A stretch of 64,000 nucleotides of DNA from an uncultured Desulfobacter sp. (GCA_963665095.1 OY762069.1:3296001-3360000); one strand, 5' to 3'; shown: positions 10,399 to 21,330, counted from the first letter of the stretch. Numbers and translations are program-made. The notes: generated from the letters alone by a model not told the origin.

Positions 10399-11866
10399 TT
10401 TTATCTCCTATGGCGGTATAAATATTAAGATCAGGCTCCTGGATTGTCAGGTTCAGTAAATCTGCTTTATGTGTAACATGCAGGGCTCCGGGCTCCTGGG
10501 GAGACCGAACCCGCTGCTCAAGGAGGTTGGCGATGTATTCACATGAGAATGCAGAGAACTTAAAGGCATCTTCAATGGCCATGGCAACTTGTTCCCGGGA
10601 GTAGATTTCACTCAAGGCCACGATTTGCCGTACATGATGGGAGGCGTTAAGCCGCCTGTTCTGCAATTGCCTGTAATACTCCCGGGCCTTGTCAGAGAGG
10701 CTTAAAAAACGCATATAAATTGCCTGGTCTCTGGCCTTTTTGCGCTGGCTCAAAAGGATTTTAGAGTGATCAGGATCTTCAAGGTCGTTTTTGCGGCCAT
10801 AGGATCTGACATGGCGGGCAACCAACTTGTCTTCATGGTAAAAGCAGATCCGATCAGGGTAAAGCTTGGCAGTCAAAGCCACCCCTGCCAGCTGGGCGGG
10901 TACTGTGTAAGCATTTGTATCGATGACTACCCTGTACTGTCTTGAAGCCCGTACCTGCTTTACCACACCGATATCATAGGGTTCTGACGGCAGAGGGTAT
11001 AGGTGGGGCAATTCCAGGGCATACATCTCTGCGGGCTTTTGACCGGTCTCTCCGTGGGTTCTGACATTGGCGACAGTATCAAGCCAGTGTTTGCAGGTGG
11101 GCTCCATGATCTTAAAATCAGGGATTTCAAGACCGTTGAGCAGATTCTTTTTGACATAGCCCACAGCATTTTCAACCCGGCCTTTTTCATTACCCTTGCG
11201 CACATTACAGGGAACAATTGTAAATCCGTAATAATCTGCAAAATCAAGGTATCTGGGGTTGAAGACCGGGGCTTTCCCCAGCAGTCTTTTTAGAACAGCG
11301 GATTTGAGATTGTCCACCATGACCTTTTCCGGCACCTTTCCAAAAAACTCAAATGCATTCTGGTGGCAGCCTAAAAAATGCTCCATGGTCTGGGAGACCG
11401 TGAACTCAACGTACATCATGCGGCTGTGGCACATCACCATCACAAAAAAGCTCAACCGCCGGGTCGTGTTGCCCACCCTTACTGTACTATAAGAACCCCA
11501 GTCCACCTGGGCAGCTTCACCCGGAGCAAAACTCAGTTTCAAATACGCCTTTGTTTTGGGCGGCCGCACCTTCCTGACATAATCCTCAACAATGGTGATG
11601 CCCCCGGCAAAACCATCCTGGGTGATTCGTTGAAATATCTGGCGGGAACTGTAGGGATGTTTTTCAAGCATATGCAGGATGGCGTTCTTATACGGATCAA
11701 GCTTGCTTTCTCTGGGGGCTGACTGTCTGGGCTGGTACCTTTTCAGGTTGGCCCACCTGGCAACTGTCCTGGGGTCCAGATCAAGGGCATTGGCAATCTG
11801 GCTGTATGTCAGGCCGTCTCGGGTAAAGTAATTTCTGATTTGAACATAGGTTTCGTAATCAATCAT
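10391..11866 (-). CDS. istA: IS21 transposase IstA
   Basis: PGEAAQVDWG, VDNLK, EKGRVE motifs; overlaps istB. Confidence 0.95.
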   Translation of the reverse strand: MIDYETYVQIRNYFTRDGLTYSQIANALDLDPRTVARWANLKRYQPRQSAPRESKLDPYKNAILHMLEKHPYSSRQIFQRITQDGFAGGITIVEDYVRKVRPPKTKAYLKLSFAPGEAAQVDWGSYSTVRVGNTTRRLSFFVMVMCHSRMMYVEFTVSQTMEHFLGCHQNAFEFFGKVPEKVMVDNLKSAVLKRLLGKAPVFNPRYLDFADYYGFTIVPCNVRKGNEKGRVENAVGYVKKNLLNGLEIPDFKIMEPTCKHWLDTVANVRTHGETGQKPAEMYALELPHLYPLPSEPYDIGVVKQVRASRQYRVVIDTNAYTVPAQLAGVALTAKLYPDRICFYHEDKLVARHVRSYGRKNDLEDPDHSKILLSQRKKARDQAIYMRFLSLSDKAREYYRQLQNRRLNASHHVRQIVALSEIYSREQVAMAIEDAFKFSAFSCEYIANLLEQRVRSPQEPGALHVTHKADLLNLTIQEPDLNIYTAIGDKNA

Positions 11867-12245
11867 GGTTGCCCTCCGCTGCTGCTTTTAGAATATCTGA
11901 AAGACGCAGCATGGAGCCGTGCCGTTTTGATTTACCAGGAGCAGGGTCAAGGGCAAGCACCTGGTAAATAGGTCTCTGCCAGGCAATCAGCCCATTCTGT
12001 ATTAACCCGGAACGTGCTGTCTTCAGGCCATCAGAATCCATGCACAGCCGATCCATGATCGCCTTATCTCCATAGTAGCTGATGCCTTGACTGTCGGCCA
12101 CACACACCAGAAACAGATATAGGGCGGACTGGGAGTGTGTACACCTGTCAATGTGCCGTTCACGCACCAGGCGATGATCGATCCAACTGAAGCTTTGGGG
12201 TGTTTTTCGAACCCTGGATGGTAAAATGGGGGCCTTTGCAATCAT
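11859..12245 (-). CDS. Small putative winged-helix DNA-binding protein in IS21
   Basis: Overlaps istA start; LYLFL...GISYY...ARSGLIQNGLI pattern resembles wHTH; GGAG RBS; identical in copy 2. Confidence 0.6.
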   Translation of the reverse strand: MIAKAPILPSRVRKTPQSFSWIDHRLVRERHIDRCTHSQSALYLFLVCVADSQGISYYGDKAIMDRLCMDSDGLKTARSGLIQNGLIAWQRPIYQVLALDPAPGKSKRHGSMLRLSDILKAAAEGNHD

Positions 12246-12726
12246 TTTGCTCTCCTTCTTTTTGGGGTTGTGAACATAAAATGTCTTGCCCGTATTTTTT
12301 CATACGAAGGAGCGTGGAAGCGATGTCATCTTGTAACGCACTGCCTGTAAAGTTGGCGATTAACCCTATAATGACAGGAGGTTGCGCCCGTAAGAAATCT
12401 TGTAACGCATTGTCCATGAATTGCGTTGAATCCTGTTTATTTTCAGCCTGTTGGGGCAATATCGAGTCTTGTAACGTATCTGGGCTTTTGGTCTTCTTCC
12501 AATATCCGGGATTCTTCTTTCTCCATTCCTGAACACGTTCAACATGGGCAGGCCCACAAAAGTAGTTTCGATTTTCAGGCTTGTTCAGCCATTTTTTCTG
12601 GCTGCACCTTTTGCTGGCTTTTCTGCACTCAGATCTGGAACAGTATTTTTGAGAGTCTATATTTCTTGGATTAGGAGCGAATAATCTTCTACAATTTCGG
12701 CACCTTCTTTTCTTGAGTAGTCCCAT
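12160..12726 (-). CDS. Cys-rich hypothetical protein in IS21
   Basis: CRNC...YCSRSEC; GGAGG RBS; three LQD repeats; identical in copy 2. Confidence 0.6.
   Translation of the reverse strand: MGLLKKRRCRNCRRLFAPNPRNIDSQKYCSRSECRKASKRCSQKKWLNKPENRNYFCGPAHVERVQEWRKKNPGYWKKTKSPDTLQDSILPQQAENKQDSTQFMDNALQDFLRAQPPVIIGLIANFTGSALQDDIASTLLRMKKYGQDILCSQPQKEGEQNDCKGPHFTIQGSKNTPKLQLDRSSPGA
12329..12476. repeat. Three copies of TCTTGTAACG at exact 69-bp spacing (also 45486-45633)
   Basis: Copies start at 12329, 12398, 12467. Confidence 0.85.
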
Positions 12727-14639
12727 CTACATATTGCCTCCGATTCAAATCAGACATGAATAAGATCAGTATGTACGGAAAAAAGCAGAGGGCAAAGAAA
12801 GGAAAAAAATGAAGAAGACGAAATTTTTAAATTTGATTTTTAAGAGAAGAAAAACCAGCTAAGAACATACATTTTCAAACCGGGGATTTGGCTGCATTTT
12901 CAAGACGGCCCTGACACCATATCCCAGTTTGAAAGAAGAAAGCCCTCGATAGAAGAGAGAATTTGGCTAAAAAATTCGAACTGAGGTGTCACTGCCTCAA
13001 CAGTGAAGCCGCGTTCTCCATATTCCTTTGCAATCCTGCTAATAACTTGGTTTAGGGAATCCCACCCACCTATATAGGCCTCAGCAAAAGACAGAATATC
13101 CCATGTTAACGCATGATTTCTTTTGTCATTTGCCTTGTTTCGATCGTTCCGAATATTCAGCGGGATCAGTTGAAAGAGACTGCTGGCACATTCTTCTGAG
13201 TTTTTAGGATCAAGCAGTTCTTTAACTATATCCCATCGCCAGCCATCCTTTTGGGTACGTCGCTTATCATACACAATTGGGTCGGCAAACAGTATGCTAC
13301 CTTCGGTATGCATTCCGGCTCGACCAGCCCGACCAATGAGATTATGGAAATCACGAACTTTTATTCTTTCTAATCCCTGATACACGCTGGTCACAACAAG
13401 ATATCGAATGGGAAGGTTTACGCCTTGTGCCAATGTGGATGTGCATACGACAAACCTCACAAGATTTTCACGCATAGCATGTTCCACTGAAAGACGGATA
13501 CCGTGTGGTGTATTACCATGATGTGAAAATATGCCATACTTGGCACTCATTGAAGCTGATGCTGAATCACCAAGGTTTTCTACATGGAGATAATGAAGCC
13601 GCTCAATCTCTTTCAGGTCTGAAAACTCTTGTGGCAGCGGAAGTGGAATGCCACGTTGAATGATATCAACCGCTTTTTCACAGATGCTTGCAGCAGTTGA
13701 TTTTTTCCCGCAAAAAATAGCAATGCTTCCGTTTGTGGATAGTTTTATTCCAAGATAAATAGCAATTGCTTGGCCGTCTTTTTTCTCCGGAAAAAACCTA
13801 TCCTTTCGCTCTCTGCCTCTTCTGCCAAGATTAAATCGCTCGATTACCCTTGGAACGAAAAATTCGTTTTGTTCAACGTCACGGCTGTCAACGTACTCAA
13901 TCCTTCCCAATTGATCGAGCCAGCTTGCAAATCCGACAGATCTGAAAGTTGGAATCAGCGATGTTCCTTCGACGACATTGGAGTCACCATTCAGCCATTC
14001 ACCGACAGACTCAGCATTACTAATGACAGCAGAGATCAGCACTTTCTGGGCATCGTCGGGAATCATTGAAAGTAATGAAGTCAAGAGCAGCTCATAAGTG
14101 ATCCCACGAGTGCCGCTATCAAACTGGTGACCTTCATCAAAAACCAGCATTCCAACATGGGTCGCTAACTCCGGGGCGTGCCGAAGGACGTAAAGTAACT
14201 TTTCAGGAGTTACAACAAGAATCTGCTGGTGCCCCAGTAATTCAGCAATTTCGAAATCGGTCTGAAGCGCATCCGATAATTCATCAACTTTGGTAGATTC
14301 ATTGAGAAATGCATCAACGAGACTGTTTTTGATCTCATGGCAAAGCGCCCTAAAAGGAGCGATGATGATAGCCAGTGAAACCCGACCTGCAAGGAATGCG
14401 CTTCGGAGTATCAGCTCAGTTGCCTTTGTTTTACCTGCACTTGTAGGCATTTGAACAATTGCTGATTCACCTTTGAGAACGCCAGCCTTACCCAAGAGAT
14501 GTTGTGCAGGCCAGAGTTCTTTGATAAACGACTCTTTTTGCAAAGCATAAAGCCATTTATCACGAGGCTGTTCCGAATATAAAGGTAGAGCATTCCAAGC
14601 GGAATTTTCGAGCTTTCTTTTCAAAACAGATGCGATCAC

Positions 14640-16163
14640 TGAAGTGGACCCCATGTCAAGACCGATTTTAACGTTTTTTAAGCTACATTTTCTCTGTTTC
14701 TAATTTCGAATCAGCCTGTTAAAGACCCTCTTTTCCGGCATATTTTTCTTGATATTTAATACCGCTATGTTATCCTCCCGCCGCCAACCCGGAGGATAGG
14801 GCAATGCTGGGAAGCAACCTGAGCGCCGTGGCTGGCGACGAAGACATGGGGGCAGTATACGTTTAATGTATGCTGTCCTTCCCCCATGTTTTTGTCCTTA
14901 ATGCGTTAAATCCTCGCGCCTTAGCGCGAAATCAATACCCCGTAGGGCCGCCGGAGGCATCAGGCCTTTCCTTTAAGCCGCTCGATAGACCGAAAACGGC
15001 ACCTTATACCCCAGGGCTGAATGAAGTCTCTCCCGATTATAAAACCCGATAAACGCTTTTAACGATTGCTGAGCCTCTCTTACCGTTCTGTAGTCCTTCA
15101 AATAGACTTCTTCGTATTTAATCGTTCTCCACAGCCGTTCCACAAAAACGTTGTCCAAGGCTCTGCCCTTTGAATCCATGCTGATTTTGATGTTTTTAGC
15201 CTGGAGTATCTTCAAAAATTTTAATGAAGTGAACTGACTACCCTGGTCAGTGTTGAAAATCTCAGGTGTCGATACAATCAATGCCTCCTCAAGGGCCTCA
15301 ATACAAAATGTATTCTCAAGGGTGTTACTGAGGCGCCATGAAAGGACATATCTGCTAAACCAATCCATAACCGCCAATAAGTACATAAATCCGTTTCCAA
15401 TTCTAATGTATGTGATATCTGTACTCCATACCTGATCTGGCCTGTCAATTACGGCATTTTTCAGCAAATAGGGGTAAACTTTATGGCTTTCATCCCTCCT
15501 TGTTGTTTTAGGTCCTGGGTAAATCGCTTCTATTCTCATCAGCTTCATCAGGCGCTGTACTCGTTTCCTGCTTACCGGATACCCCATATTGTTCAGCCAG
15601 GCTGTAAGCCTACGGCTTCCATAAAAGGGGGTTTTGGTATGCTGCTCATCAAGCAGATCCATAAGGGTTAATGTATACGGGCTTATGGCTACCGGCCTGT
15701 AATACAACGCCCCTTTTGAAACCTGAAGCAGTTCACACTGCCGGTTAATGCTGATGGAAGGATGTTGTTTATCTATCAACCCCCTTCTGTCAGAGATTGA
15801 TTGTATTAACCTTTTTTTTTAACCAGTCATTCTCAACTTCGAGCTGACCGATTTTCTTATATAATTCGTCTATTAGATTCTGAGTATCATTTGGGCTTTT
15901 CTTTTTCGCTGATGAAAACAACGTCGGAAGACCCTCTATCGCTTCTTTCTTCCATCTGTTTAACATAGTTCGATGAACCTGGTATTTGGATGACAACTCC
16001 GCAAGAGTTTCATTTTCTCGAATCACATCAACTACAACTTTAGCTTTGAACTTTCCGGTATAATTTTTTCTCATGGACCTCCTTTTTCGGTACAAATTTG
16101 AACCGGGTTTTTATCACCTCATATGTACCTTAGCAACTGGTTCAAATTTCGGGGTCCATTATA
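14640..16163 (-). mobile_element. IS3-family element, copy 1
   Basis: Ends TGAAGTGGACCCC / GGGGTCCATTATA, 3-bp duplication CAC; second copy at 53266-58336. Confidence 0.92.
14973..16074 (-). CDS. IS3 transposase OrfA (15790-16074) / OrfB, likely programmed -1 frameshift
   Basis: A9G slippery run at ~15811-15820; WSTDITY, NTDQGSQF, DNVFVERLW motifs. Confidence 0.9.
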
Positions 16164-16761
16164 CACATCTCCAAAGAGGAGTTCCCGCGGTGTGCCGAAG
16201 TCATAGGCAGTTTTTCTCAGCTTTGCAGCTAAATTGAGGAGGTTGTCTTCACCTGATCCGTTTTCGAAAAACTGAAGGAGCCAATGAGAAATGCCATCGA
16301 TTGATTCTCCAAAGGGTCCATCAGAGCCTTCAAAATAGGTTTCAAGGTCGGCTTGCAACAACCAGAGCAACAGGTCTTCCAGACCAGAGCCATATAGATC
16401 CGGGCAGTCGCCATCAATGCGCTTTGCCAATACCGATGCACTTCCGGGAAGATCACACAGGTAATACGATGCAGAGCCGAGAAGTATAAGATACGGATCA
16501 AGAATCTCTTTCAGCCCTGACTGGAGAAAGGAGTCGAAAAAACGGGCAGAGAACAGCAAGTTGTTTCTCAGCTCCGAGACAGATTCAGGATATAACTCTC
16601 CCCGGTTAATAGCAGCGGCAAGATCCCCCAAAAGGGCTATTGAGACAGTGAAGAGCTTGGCCGGATCTTGTTTAATTTTTATGTGATGCTCTTCTGGTAC
16701 ACCATACTCAATCATTTTGGCCTTTGATCGAGTAACACCCAACAGCAAAAGGGATTTCTGT

Positions 16762-17328
16762 TCAGGCCTCATCCGCAGCCCTCCTATATAGTTCGTGGAC
16801 AAGCTCCATCATGCCGGGGCCCTTGATAACTAAGAGAACCAGATTGTCACCGTTTGGATGAGGAAAGAATGTCTTGGATTCAAAAACAAACAGAACATCC
16901 TTAGTGGAGGCTTTGCCATCTTTTTTATTAAATCGAAATCCGATTACATCGCTACCCTTTGGCGATTCATCTCGAACAACTTTCAATGACCATCGCACTC
17001 TGGGGACCCAATATCCGAGAAGCCATTGGAGATAATCGGAAACAAGAATCTCCCCAAAGTCTCCTGCCCGGATACCCGGACCGAGTTTTGTTGATTTGCT
17101 CGGAAACTTTATATCGATCAGGTAATCTGACCTTGTGCGTTTACCTCGGAGAAAATCAATGTCGGTATCCAGACAATAGTGATTTCGGAAATGTTTTGCC
17201 CAAGCTGAGAGCACGGCATCATTTTCCTCATGGCAGAAATCCCATACCTCGACATCTTTACCATCTGCGGTTTTCAACCGTTCGCCAGTATCAACAAACC
17301 ATTTAGTATGTTCCGAAGTCCAAGGCAT
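16762..17328 (-). CDS. hamA: Hachiman HamA-like (DUF1837) nuclease, probably internally deleted
   Basis: RAGDFGEIL, GSDVIG, FESK PD-(D/E)xK-type motifs; overlaps the helicase start; 188 aa appears short. Confidence 0.72.
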   Translation of the reverse strand: MPWTSEHTKWFVDTGERLKTADGKDVEVWDFCHEENDAVLSAWAKHFRNHYCLDTDIDFLRGKRTRSDYLIDIKFPSKSTKLGPGIRAGDFGEILVSDYLQWLLGYWVPRVRWSLKVVRDESPKGSDVIGFRFNKKDGKASTKDVLFVFESKTFFPHPNGDNLVLLVIKGPGMMELVHELYRRAADEA

Positions 17329-17445
17329 TCCAATTCCTGTTCTTTGCGGTCAGTTGCAAAACCATTGTTTGTCTACCGATACTTAAAATGATGGTCCTGG
17401 TCCCTCAGGTTCTGAATCGTCAGATTCAATTTCTTGCCAAGCTTT

Positions 17446-18045
17446 TCATATGATCCACGCCAAAATCAAACCACCAATAACCGTAACTATCACCCCTAAT
17501 ATTACTATGCCCCAAGGTTTTTTATACCAAGGCTCCATATCCTTTGTAACAATTTTCGAATTCGTACTACGATGACTGAGAACCGAATAAATCGGACATT
17601 CTGTATAATGCTGTGGTGTTAGTGTCGCCCACGCCCATCTCCAATCTTTTGATACAGCTTGTCCTTCTCCAAGCCTTTTATGTGCAATATCCTTATCTAT
17701 TTCATCTGAATAGCGACTTAGCTGTGAAGCAAAATATCCAAATGCTTCAAAGGTAACTTCAGGGCAAAAATTGCTGAAGTGGTTGACCTGGCCTGCTGGG
17801 CCTGAAACTGATGTTTCCTGCTCTCCAGTTTTGGGCCACAAATCATTTTTCTTCCAAAAATTAAGTAATTTCTTGTCTTCAGACGCCTCAATCTTGGTGG
17901 CCCCAGCCTCTCCCATTAAAGACAAGCTCTGATAATATCGTGGGCAGGACTTCACAGAAGCAAAGGGGCAACGAGGAGGTAGTGAACCTTCTAAATTCTT
18001 TTTCTTATACCAATCTAAATCTGGCACGACGATGGACATCTTCAT
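17446..18045 (-). CDS. Hypothetical Cys-containing protein with C-terminal transmembrane helix
   Basis: CPFA...CPRY, CPEV, HYTECP; hydrophobic C-terminus; GAGG RBS. Confidence 0.7.
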   Translation of the reverse strand: MKMSIVVPDLDWYKKKNLEGSLPPRCPFASVKSCPRYYQSLSLMGEAGATKIEASEDKKLLNFWKKNDLWPKTGEQETSVSGPAGQVNHFSNFCPEVTFEAFGYFASQLSRYSDEIDKDIAHKRLGEGQAVSKDWRWAWATLTPQHYTECPIYSVLSHRSTNSKIVTKDMEPWYKKPWGIVILGVIVTVIGGLILAWII

Positions 18046-18046
18046 T

Positions 18047-18520
18047 TCACCTCAATTTTGTTACGCCTACAGCCCGTTCAATACCTTCAACCTTCATTTT
18101 GTATCCTGCTCCAGATTTGAAAATCATCACTCTTGGCATGAAGGAATAATGATAGTGATAAAAATATTCTGATTGCTACCAAACTTGGCCGTTCATCAAT
18201 TTAACAATTGTTTCACCTTCCCATCCTTCAAAATCACCATCGATTTGGGTTTCGATAACATTGGGTGTTGCTTGTTGTGATTCAACGATTTTTGCTGCTT
18301 GCTGCTCGATTCCGTCTGTCTTGCCTTTTTCGTACCCTAACAAAAACTTTTCAATTAATAGAATTCTAAGTTTTTCTTTTTCCGATTCGGTTAGTTTTTG
18401 AACTCCAATTGCAGTTTGCTCTCCTTTAGAGAGGATTTTATCAAGCGGTAAATCCGGATATTGTTGAGCAAAAGCTGTTTCAACACAGCACAATAAAATT
18501 ATAATGAAAATTCGTTTCAT
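18047..18520 (-). pseudogene. Secreted hypothetical protein with an in-frame TAG at 18176-18178
   Basis: Signal peptide; frame stays open after TAG (QSEYFYHYHYSFMPRV...GVTKLR) to TGA at 18047. Confidence 0.7.
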
Positions 18521-18536
18521 GCCGTTCTCCTTAAGG

Positions 18537-18599
18537 GCATAACGCCGCTTTTGCAGCGGGCGCGGCTTTTTGCGCTCCGCTGCAAAAGCGGCGTTAGAC
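18537..18599 (-). other. attC site
   Basis: GTCTAAC...near-perfect palindrome...GTTATGC, 63 bp. Confidence 0.9.
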
Positions 18600-19160
18600 T
18601 ATTGGCTTTATTTTAATGCGCCATGAGCATTTACTTGCTCCCAAAAAAATCGAATCCACAAACGTAATATCAACTACTGAGAATACACTGTTAAAAAAAA
18701 CTGACATGTGACCAATACTACATTTGCAATAGTCATTATCTGTTGTGAATGGCTTTCCTTTATTTATCAGGCCACATATACACTTACTTCTTTCAACAAT
18801 GATTGTATTATCATTTGATTGATAAGCTATCGTTGTGTTGTATTTTTTCTCTTCTTCATTGAGGTTAGAAAAAAAAGCATCAACAGAATTTGAATTGTTC
18901 CAAATTTGCTTTGCCAAATTAGACCATGACTTCCCACAGCATTGTGCACCACACTCAAATAAAACTTTCTCTGTACTCGGTTTACCTATGATTTCACGCA
19001 TTCTATTAACTGTTGTTCCAACATAGTCAGTTTGTTCAACCTTTTTCAGATTGTTGAAGCTATCGGAACCAATTAATATTTGATCCATTTTCTCTTGAAA
19101 CCCCAGTTTTCTTAAGTTTTTGGTAATTCGTCCAAAACGACCTGTTTCTTGATATTTCAT
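18594..19160 (-). CDS. Cys-rich cassette protein (DUF6144/V4R-like)
   Basis: ECGAQCC, CIC, YCKCSIG, terminal C-x-W; stop lies in the attC R'' box. Confidence 0.65.
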   Translation of the reverse strand: MKYQETGRFGRITKNLRKLGFQEKMDQILIGSDSFNNLKKVEQTDYVGTTVNRMREIIGKPSTEKVLFECGAQCCGKSWSNLAKQIWNNSNSVDAFFSNLNEEEKKYNTTIAYQSNDNTIIVERSKCICGLINKGKPFTTDNDYCKCSIGHMSVFFNSVFSVVDITFVDSIFLGASKCSWRIKIKPIV

Positions 19161-19183
19161 AATTTATTTTATCCATTTTTTGT

Positions 19184-19258
19184 GTCTAATCGCGGTGCTG
19201 ACCGGCACCTTGCGCCGATCAGGCAAACGAAATTTGAATGATTGGTGTGCGGTGTCCG
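19184..19258 (-). other. Truncated, damaged attC fused to the next attC
   Basis: Dyad CGGCACC-GCGCCGATCA...TGATTGGTGTGC-GGTGTCCG; core reads GATTAGAC (1-nt insertion); L''/R'' arm missing. Confidence 0.6.
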
Positions 19259-19384
19259 AGAACGTGGTGTTCAGTGGGCGGGCGACGAATCACGACAGCC
19301 GACCAGAGAACGAAACTGGTTGAAAAAAGACAGCGGATAACGAAGGCGCGCTGTCGCCCGATCCACTGGAACACATGGTTCGGC
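19257..19384 (-). other. attC site
   Basis: GCCGAAC...CCAGTGGATCGGGCGAC...GTCGCCCGCCCACTGAAC...GTTCTCG, 128 bp. Confidence 0.82.
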
Positions 19385-19919
19385 AATTTTTCTTATTTCA
19401 ATCATGACTTAATGCTGTCTTGAAAAGAGCTTCTTCTGGGTTCTTTATTGCTGAAATAATATTTTCGGCAATCTTATCTATTAGTTTTTGCCCCCAAAAT
19501 GGATCTTTCATATCATAGTAAATTACTCTTATATGGTTAAGATCAAAAGGAACATCTTCTTCATTGGAAGAAACTAAAACCACTGGCTTTTGAAGAGCAT
19601 GTGCTAAACCAAGTTCATAAAACACATTAGCATTTCTGGATGTTAGTTCAGCTACTAGCACTTTTGATGTTGTTATGCCTTTCCAGATTTGATCAATAAT
19701 TTTTCCTGTTGAAAAAATGTCATCATCTGCTCGTATTGGGGTAAGCCCTGCTTTTTCAATAGCAGGCTTATAAATAAGAGAGTAATAGCCACCCAATGGT
19801 TCTGCAAAGGGCATCATTACAAAGCATGTGTCATTTATATTTACCTTAACACCTTTTCCAATGGTCTTAAGTCGGCTATCCTTATCATCGTTAAATCCGT
19901 TTGAGGAAGCAGTTACATC

Positions 19920-19977
19920 TAATAACCAATAAGGATTGATGCGACCTGACAAGGTCGCTTTCAATCCATTGTTCAAG
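19920..19977 (-). other. attC-like hairpin of element 1
   Basis: CTTGAAC AAT GGATTGA AA GCGACCT TGTC AGGTCGC A TCAATCC TTATTG GTT. Confidence 0.8.
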
Positions 19978-20227
19978 AAGCCCGGGTTTCATATGGGTAA
20001 AGATTGATTGTGGTGCAGGCGGGGTAGGCAAGCACAGGGTGGAAATTGATAAAAAGTGCTTGCCGGTATGCTTTAACTTTTCAATTTTGAATAATTTTGA
20101 CGTCGTTCTTTGAAAAACAGGACAGGTTCAGGGTTCGTTTTTCGGCCGCAGGACGTACTCGTCCCTGACGGTTCAGAAAACCGTTAAAAAACATGTATCC
20201 TAAAACCCGTTCCCTTTACGTTGAAGC

Positions 20228-21328
20228 CTATCCGAACCCAAAATCAGGCAACGGTAAGGGGCGGATATAGTAGATGTGACATCTGAGCTTGAGGCCCGCC
20301 CCGCATTCCGGGCAAATTGGCTTTGGCGAAGATTTGGGTGTTTCTATAGGCCGCTGTTCTTTGAACCCCAGGGTTGACTGGATAAGTGAACGGATTCGTT
20401 CAAGCGGGATGGAAGATCCCGGTCCCATGAAGCCATAATATCGGATTTTCATAAATCCTGTGGGCAGGACATGCTGAAGGAACCTGCGCATAAATTCCAT
20501 TGTATCAAGGGTCATTTTCCGCAGGCGCCGGCTGCCGGGCTTTTTATAATGGAACATCACCTTCTGCTGATCGTAATGGATAATCCGGTAGTCGGAAATC
20601 GCCACTTTGAACACATAGGGGGCCAGGTATTTGATACTGTGGTGACTGGAAACGGCCTGGGAATTTACGTTGAACGGCTTTGACCAGACGTCCGGAGCAA
20701 TACTTTGAAGTATTCCGGCCGTATTCAGCTGGGTTTTAAGCTTTGCTCTGAACACCTTGGACATGGCTTTGACCGGAGCGAAGAAGGCCGGACGGCAGGG
20801 ATGCCATTTGCCGTCGGTCCGGGAATATGCTCCGCCGGGAACAACATAATGGATGTGCGGATGATACTGCATGGTCCGTCCCCAGGTGTGAAGGACTCCA
20901 AAAAAGCCGGGCAGATCACCGCCGATGAATTTGCTGTCCCTGGCAAAGGCTTTAAGTGTCTGTGAGGATGCCGCAAACAGTGCCGCATAGGCCTCCTTCT
21001 GGTTGCTTCGAAACAGAGCGCGCAATTGTTCCGGGATGGTAAATGTTATCAGAAAATGAGGGCCCGGCAGTTGTCGTTCCAGCTGCCGGTCACGCCACTG
21101 GCGGGTTTTATGGTACTGGCATATGGGGCAGTGACGGTTTCCACAGGAACGAAAACCGAAATGTATCCGGCCGCAGCCGGTACAATCATAGACCACCAGG
21201 CCGCAGGCAGACGTCCGGCAGGAAATGATTGCCTTCAAGGCTTTTATGTGATTTTTTGGAATGCGGGTTTTATACCGATGGAGGTATTCCCGGGCTGACC
21301 GGGCAAAAATGTTTTGAATGGCTCCCAT
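20228..21328 (-). CDS. IS91-family HUH (Y2) transposase with N-terminal Zn-binding domain
   Basis: SCGNRHCPIC, LHTWG...[23 protein letters not shown] motifs. Confidence 0.92.
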   Translation of the reverse strand: MGAIQNIFARSAREYLHRYKTRIPKNHIKALKAIISCRTSACGLVVYDCTGCGRIHFGFRSCGNRHCPICQYHKTRQWRDRQLERQLPGPHFLITFTIPEQLRALFRSNQKEAYAALFAASSQTLKAFARDSKFIGGDLPGFFGVLHTWGRTMQYHPHIHYVVPGGAYSRTDGKWHPCRPAFFAPVKAMSKVFRAKLKTQLNTAGILQSIAPDVWSKPFNVNSQAVSSHHSIKYLAPYVFKVAISDYRIIHYDQQKVMFHYKKPGSRRLRKMTLDTMEFMRRFLQHVLPTGFMKIRYYGFMGPGSSIPLERIRSLIQSTLGFKEQRPIETPKSSPKPICPECGAGLKLRCHIYYIRPLPLPDFGFG

Positions 21329-21330
21329 GG

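Larger units (their letters stand above)
9565..12916 (-). mobile_element. IS21-family element with two extra upstream ORFs, copy 1
   Basis: TGTCAGG...CCTGACA ends, 3352 bp, near-identical to 42722-46073; imperfect target duplication (ATATAGG vs ATATGG on minus strand). Confidence 0.92.
8744..16772 (-). pseudogene. hamB: Hachiman HamB-like DEAD/DEAH (Ski2-like) helicase, ~1047 aa when rejoined, split by IS3 and IS21
   Basis: MPTSAGKT, DEGH, STLAQGVN, GRAGRAG motifs; segments 16772-16164, 14636-12917, 9558-8744 join in frame; overlaps the hamA-like gene. Confidence 0.82.

Noticed and set aside
12329..12476. CRISPR-like mini-array (regular repeats with unique spacers)
   Set aside because: Repeats are only 10 bp with 59-bp gaps, lie in an ORF, and no cas genes are present; kept as an iteron-like finding.
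17329..17445. attC between ORF 17446-18045 and hamA
   Set aside because: No paired RYYYAAC/GTTRRRY boxes with dyad symmetry were found; the site is absent or deleted.
18176..18178. Pyrrolysine read-through of the in-frame TAG
   Set aside because: No supporting context or pyl genes in the window; a CAG>TAG nonsense change (W-Q-Q) is simpler.
19398..19976. Independent 192-aa gene (similarly ORFs 4508-4831, 12900-14654, 23912-24172, 42168-42503)
   Set aside because: These are fragments of interrupted genes, most with starts or ends supplied by mobile-element sequence.
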